Shown here one piece after another: positions 52,438 through 54,372 of a stretch of DNA of 54,372 nucleotides. The notes under the pieces are model-generated. The model searched no databases, had not been told where the DNA came from, and saw only the letters and a program-made list of their open reading frames with translations. The position numbers and the translations under genes were made by a program. This DNA is from Phoronis australis (taxonomy: Eukaryota > Animalia > Phoronida), in NCBI GenBank assembly GCA_002633005.1, contig NMRA01000917.1:45204-99575 (forward strand). The letters are read 5' to 3'. Within the stretch, counting starts at the first letter, position 1; the number at the start of each line of letters is the position of its first letter.

Positions 52438-53977
52438 TCACTGGCTTTGTACCTGCAGTCTTGAGTGGACATTAACAAATGCTTGACATGCAGCGACCAG
52501 GGCGGTGAATGAGACCACGCGTTTGCTATATCCAGTGAGCACTAGTTCGCGGTACGCAGGATCGTCAGATAGAGGCACCACGGATGCATCTCCCCAATGC
52601 TTGGTTATTGCATACCTGGCTTGAAACCCTGTGGCTACAGATGTCCGCCCGCTATCTGTTACAAATTCGACGAACATGACGTTAGACGAAGAGATCAGCC
52701 TTGCCCGTTTGCCATTACAAAACGTCTTAATAGGATTTGACGACGTGCTTGGGCCGTCATATGCGGTGACTCGGTCTCCCTTTATTACGTTACCAACGTT
52801 TATCACGCATTTATTACTGCTCCAACCTCGGACATCCATTCTTTTGATAAGAAGCTAATTGGAAAGAACGCAACAGTAATCTGACATGATTTAGTTGGAC
52901 ATGCCTCGGCTCAAAATCTCTTATGTCGAAATTACTCGAAAAGTAGGTGAACTGGAACAGCAACATGTCCGCCGTTAGGTGGTGTACAAGTAGTTACAAC
53001 TCCTTCCGAACAATACCGCGAACACATGTACCTAGTCGGAAACGACTGATGACAAAGAGTTTGAACAGCAGCCGGGGCAAAGTTCGGTGATGACACGGAT
53101 GTGTCTACAAGGCTTGGTAAAGAATATTTGGTAAGAAGTGTCACGTGGACATGTTGGATATGGGATTTGGAGAGGTGGCGATCACAGTTCCCAAACGACA
53201 GCCGTTTGTGATTGGTCGAAATAAAGACGCTGCCACAAGGTAACCCCGTCCCCGAAGTGCACTTCTACATGTACGTGCATAAACTTACTGCTATTTACCG
53301 TAGTGATAGAACGTGATTTTACCACAGACGAACTGCAAAGACATGCGTGTTTAGCCTGCATCCATTCCAACTACATACATGTAATTCTTACTTGTATTTG
53401 ATATCCTCTGTGGACCGTTATACGCCAGGAGCAATACGTGTTGGGAAGGTACGCCGCATTGTTCTCTGTCTTGAATGAAGCGATTATGCCGTACATGTCG
53501 TTTATGCTCTTCAATCTATCGCAGTCGAAATTTTCAGTCTGGGTTACTCTACTTGACCTCTCGTCAGTCTTAAAAACACATGTTTCCCGTGAGATTGACA
53601 TAATTATGTTTTCATCAACGTTTTCAAATGTTCTAAAATACCAAGACTGGTTTTGATTAAAGTTAATAATATTAGCAATCTATGGCACGATTACAGCAAC
53701 AGTACACCAGTATTTATGCTATTTATTAACATAAATACTACAATGCCTTGAAAACTGCTTGAAATCCTCTCCCTGTTGATCGGGCATCGTGATCAGACGT
53801 GAAGGTGATGTAAAGGACGTTTGACGTCGATTTGACAGTCTTCAACATGCCGTTGCACAAGGACGCAATTCGCTCCGCGTTGGCGTCATATCCGTCGTAG
53901 ACTTTTACGCTGTCTCCAGCGTACTGGTCACCGTTACAACCGACTCTACTTGGAACGTCCATGCTCTCGAAGGCTAA
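52438..53977 (-). CDS. CUB-domain protein, last three exons (5' part lies beyond the window)
   Basis: Minus-strand exons 53977-~53747, 53568-53392 and 52854-52438 (stop). Two CUB domains: LAFESMDV...C...DSVKVYDG...LCNG...KSTSNVLYITFTSD...GRGFQAVF and YLPNTYCSWRITV...DRVTAYDG...FCNG...SSSNVMFVEFVTD...TGFQARY. AATAAA on the minus strand near 52272-52277. Confidence 0.88.
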
Positions 53978-54123
53978 CTGAAACAAACAAAGGATCATTA
54001 CAATATGGGAAATCTTCTTAACCGACAAAGACATGAATAGATGTTAAAAAAGATGCCCGGACGTTTGCTTTCATTGAAGCTGTATATTCCTCAAAAGAAC
54101 TGATCTGCCACTTACATGTGGAT

Positions 54124-54372
54124 ATGACGATTTTAAATCCATGCAACTTTAGACCAACCTTAAGTATTAACGCAAGTGATGATATAAAGGCCTACTACGA
54201 GTCCATCCTTAACCAGAAAGACAAAGAAATACAGCGGCTGAATGAGCAAGTCAACAATTTGTCAGCAAATCTAGACAACCTAGAGCAATACTCGCATCGC
54301 AATAATATAGTTATATATGGAGTCGATGAGCCTGTAAATGAAAAACCTGGAGCTACTGACAACATTGTGATC
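54124..54372 (+). mobile_element. LINE ORF1-like coiled-coil/RRM fragment, antisense in a CUB-gene intron, running off the window
   Basis: Open frame ...KDKEIQRLNEQVNNLSANLDNLEQYSHRNNIVIYGVDEPVNEKPGATDNIVI matches the LEQYSRRNNIxIxGVxE motif of CR1/L2/L1-type ORF1 proteins. Confidence 0.75.

Noticed and set aside
1-54372. Prokaryotic systems (operons, CRISPR arrays, defence islands)
   Set aside because: The window is intron-rich animal DNA with no repeat-spacer arrays or long unspliced ORF clusters.

Overview
Eukaryotic (metazoan, probably marine invertebrate) genomic scaffold with spliceosomal introns, N-gaps and many transposon relics; the ORF track is mostly uninformative because the genes are spliced. 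Three genes can be built by hand: (1) a multi-exon SLC5A5/6/8/12-type sodium:solute symporter on + (ATG 16914, clear exons to ~28538); (2) a CatSper2 sperm Ca2+ channel subunit on + (~36621/36818-48690), with a U12-type intron and a GC-AG intron; (3) the 3' part of a CUB-domain protein gene on - (52438-53977, continuing beyond the window). Mobile DNA includes a dead Penelope-like GIY-YIG fragment followed by a hammerhead-ribozyme-like motif, three TTAA-flanked Kolobok-type non-autonomous elements, Harbinger-, hAT- and Merlin-like MITEs, a 5'-truncated LINE with an 11-bp TSD, a LINE ORF1 and a tRNA-derived SINE. The most unusual signals are about 50 copies of the palindrome TACATGTA in non-coding or dead DNA, two of which appear to be +6-bp insertions at TA (the classic Tc1 excision footprint), and a high frequency of GC-AG introns. 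Two near-identical duplications at N gaps look like assembly artefacts. All calls are by eye; no searches were run.
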